Shown piece after piece: positions 17,628 to 20,000 of a DNA stretch of 20,000 bases. This DNA comes from Rhizaria sp. SCN 62-66. Taxonomy: Eukaryota. How positions within the stretch are numbered: the stretch's first letter is position 1; each line of letters starts with the position of its first letter. The stretch lies in contig MEDY01000111.1 in assembly GCA_001724265.1 (NCBI GenBank), positions 56,071 through 76,070 of the forward strand, read 5' to 3'. Both the position numbers and the translations under genes were made by a program. The notes beneath the pieces are model-generated. The model did not search any database, was not told the DNA's origin, and was given only the letters and a program-made list of their open reading frames with translations.

Positions 17628-20000
17628 ATGGCTCACCTGCTGCCCCCTGGCTACGGGCCCAAGCCCGGCGCGTCCCCCGGCGCGTCCCCCAGCGCCCCGC
17701 GCTCCCACGGCCCCGTTATGCCACCCACAGCCGCGGGCGCAGGCATTGCCCGGTCGCTGCTGCCCCCGGGCGTCACTCGCAGTGGCGTCGCCTCGCCCCC
17801 CACCGCCGCGGCTGCGACGGCCGCTTCAGGCACACCCCTGTCGGCCGCTGCAAGCGCCCTGCTGCCGCCCTCGCTGCGCCCACCCGCCAGCGCAGCGCCC
17901 GGGGCCCGCTACGCCCGCCCTGCCCCTCTGTCTACCCTGCTGCCCCCGTCGGCATCAACAGCGTCGTCAACATCAATGGCAGCAGCAACGACAGCGGCAG
18001 CTGTTGCGCCAGCGTCAACGACTGGTGTGACAGGGGGCAGGCCGCTGTCGGCGTTGTTGCCTCCGGGGCGCTCGCCACCAGCAGCAACTGCTGCGTCTGC
18101 GTCTGTATCTGCGCCAGTGTCTGCACCTGGGTCCGTATCGATTGTGTCTGCATCTGCTGCGGTATCTGCCGCTGGGGGTCATGCTTCGGTGGGGGCACCG
18201 GGCGCGGTGGGTCCTGCATACGCACAGCAGCAGCAACAGTTGCAGCAACAACAGCAGCAGCAGCAGCAACAACAACAACATCTTCAATGGCAACAACAAC
18301 TGCAGCAGATGCAACACCAGCAACAGCAGCAGCAACAATACGCCCAATATCAGCAAGCCCAGGCGCACGTGCCAGCTCAAACACGGACAGACGCATCAGC
18401 ACAACAGCAAGCGCAGGCGCAAGCTCAGGTTCAGGCTCAGTATCATGCTCAGGCTCAGGCGCAGGCTCAGGCGTATGCACAGCAACAGCAGCAGGCGCAG
18501 CAGGCAGCTCAACAGGCGCAGGCGCAACAGAAACACTACCAACAGCAGCAAGAACAACCGCAGCCGCAGCCGCAGCATTTTGTGGCTCCCCAGCGTCCCC
18601 CTCTGCTCCCCACTGCCGCAGCCACTGCCACGGGTTCGGCCATCGCCGCTGCCAGTGCCAGTGCGGCCCCTATTAACTCCAGCTCAAGCTTTCACCTGAC
18701 GCCAAGCACGAGCTCCAGCGCCAGCGCTGCCCGTGCCCCCGAAGCTGCTCCCGTCTCTGCCTCTGCCTCTGCCTCTGCTGGTACGAGTAGGAGCTCGCGC
18801 CCTGTAGCCAGTGTTGCGAATCTGTGCATGCAAACATCTCCGCTTACTGGCGGCAAGTCAGGTCTGAGTACCCACCATCTAAGCGCCCCAGAGAGCCCCG
18901 GCGTGCCGGCCCGTCCTCGCGCCGCGCTGCTGCTGGCCGCTCTGGCCGCGCAAGACCGCAGAGCGCTAGCCCCGCTCGTCCGCGGTGCACTCGCGCGCTC
19001 CGCCGCCGCCGCCGCCGCTGCCGCTGCCCACGGTCACACCGCAGCTCCCGGGCACCTCGGTGCGGCCGCCGGTGCCCACGGTCACGGCGGCGGGCACGGC
19101 CACTCCGCGACGACTGTGGCGCGGCGCCGCGGCGGAGCGCTGCGGGCGCTGCTGCAGGCGCTACAGAGTGACTGTGAGCGCGCGATCGCGGCAGAGGAGA
19201 AGTACGTGTCGCAAATCGCCCAGAGCAGTAACAACAATAACACGCCGAGCAGCATTACTGACAGTGCCAGTGACAACCGTGCATATATCAACGCAAATGC
19301 TGCAAAGGCGAGTACTGCGGTCACTGAGGCCGAGTCCGCGGCCGCGGCCGCCGGGTCTGTGCCGCTGCTGCTCACGACGCCGGCCACAGTCGCGCTCGCG
19401 GGCCGCGTGGACACGGCGTTGCTGGCCGCGCTGGGCGCCAAGCTCGACTGCGCAGGGCGGCTTGACTTGCTGCTCACGAGGCTCGAGGCCATCGTGGCAG
19501 CGGAAACGCTCTCGAACGCTGCGCATTTCAACAGCAACCATAGCAGCAAGCCGAACAACAGCTATGGGTACAGCACCAATCCCAGCGACGCCTCAGCCTC
19601 GGCGACTGCGGTCATCAACACTGCGCCGATGACTGTGAGCGCAAGTCTCATCGCTGACGGCTTGCAGTGGCTCTCCGGCCCAGCCTCGCAGTCTCTTGCT
19701 AATCCTGTTATTCCCACAAACGCCCAGCAATTCACCGACTCTGTGACCGGTCTGAGTGGAAGTGGAAATGTAAGTGGAAGCGCCCCCTTAGCCAATGCAG
19801 ACCCGCAGTCGTGGTTCGCCCTCACCTCGCGCCTCCCCGCCGCTGTGCGCGCCGCGACCGCCGCGACGGCGCTGCCCGCGGCGACGGCCACGGCCGCGCT
19901 GGGCGCCGAGGCCGCGCTGCGGCTCTGGGTCGCCGAGGCCGCCGCCGCCGCCGCGCAGGGCCGCGCGCGCGCGCTCGAGTCGCGCCTCGCGGCCGCGCGC
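17628..20000 (+). CDS. 3'-partial protein of unknown function (at least 791 aa): Pro/Ala/Ser-rich N-terminus, polyQ/QA tract, then Ala/Leu helical segments
   Basis: Manual translation of frame +3 from ATG 17628 (MAHLLPPGYGPKPG...) finds no stop before base 20000. There is an in-frame TAA upstream at 17598-17600. Probably absent from the ORF track because it has no stop in the window. Confidence 0.82.
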   Translation, partial: MAHLLPPGYGPKPGASPGASPSAPRSHGPVMPPTAAGAGIARSLLPPGVTRSGVASPPTAAAATAASGTPLSAAASALLPPSLRPPASAAPGARYARPAPLSTLLPPSASTASSTSMAAATTAAAVAPASTTGVTGGRPLSALLPPGRSPPAATAASASVSAPVSAPGSVSIVSASAAVSAAGGHASVGAPGAVGPAYAQQQQQLQQQQQQQQQQQQHLQWQQQLQQMQHQQQQQQQYAQYQQAQAHVPAQTRTDASAQQQAQAQAQVQAQYHAQAQAQAQAYAQQQQQAQQAAQQAQAQQKHYQQQQEQPQPQPQHFVAPQRPPLLPTAAATATGSAIAAASASAAPINSSSSFHLTPSTSSSASAARAPEAAPVSASASASAGTSRSSRPVASVANLCMQTSPLTGGKSGLSTHHLSAPESPGVPARPRAALLLAALAAQDRRALAPLVRGALARSAAAAAAAAAHGHTAAPGHLGAAAGAHGHGGGHGHSATTVARRRGGALRALLQALQSDCERAIAAEEKYVSQIAQSSNNNNTPSSITDSASDNRAYINANAAKASTAVTEAESAAAAAGSVPLLLTTPATVALAGRVDTALLAALGAKLDCAGRLDLLLTRLEAIVAAETLSNAAHFNSNHSSKPNNSYGYSTNPSDASASATAVINTAPMTVSASLIADGLQWLSGPASQSLANPVIPTNAQQFTDSVTGLSGSGNVSGSAPLANADPQSWFALTSRLPAAVRAATAATALPAATATAALGAEAALRLWVAEAAAAAAQGRARALESRLAAAR
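18225..18575 (+). repeat. CAG/CAA-rich low-complexity tract encoding polyQ and (QA)n
   Basis: QQQQQLQQQQQQQQQQQQHLQWQQQLQQMQHQQQQQQQYAQYQQ...QQQAQAQAQVQAQYHAQAQAQAQAYAQQQQQ... Confidence 0.9.

Noticed and set aside
17534-18699. Track ORFs 17534-18676 and 18142-18699 (poly-Ala/Thr or poly-Ser/Asn, Cys-rich)
   Set aside because: Alternate frames of the CAG/CAA repeat; frame +3 from 17628 is much longer and open to the window end.
18900-20000. Assignment of the last gene to SNF2/BRM (QLQ/HSA region)
   Set aside because: Only a vague compositional resemblance; no diagnostic motif inside the window.
1-20000. CRISPR arrays, tRNA/rRNA, transposase or retroelement ORFs, alternative genetic code
   Set aside because: No repeat-spacer structure, cloverleaf, terminal repeats or RT/integrase motifs seen. 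Conserved proteins translate correctly and end at TAA/TGA under the standard code.

Overview
Eukaryotic, protist-like genomic DNA with GC-rich, nearly intronless coding regions and AT-rich spacers. In order, the window holds: (1) the 3' end of a HECT E3 ubiquitin ligase (+, to 345); (2) a Rac-subfamily Rho GTPase (+, 1733-2311); (3) a ~1215-aa uncharacterised protein (-, 3165-6812), whose ordered motifs resemble, from memory and not from a search, a bacterial/phage and patchily fungal family of unknown function; (4) a frameshifted, doubly truncated paralog fragment of that gene (-, 7264-7969); (5) a ~2738-aa two-exon TmcB/TmcC (tiny macrocysts)-like membrane protein (-, 16742-15630 joined to 15475-8372) whose PAS domains appear split by long low-complexity inserts; (6) a divergently transcribed Pro/Ala/Gln-rich ORF (+, 17628 to the window end) that the ORF track misses. 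The most interesting candidate is the putative horizontally acquired gene plus its paralog relic. I found no RNA genes, CRISPR arrays or recognisable mobile elements.
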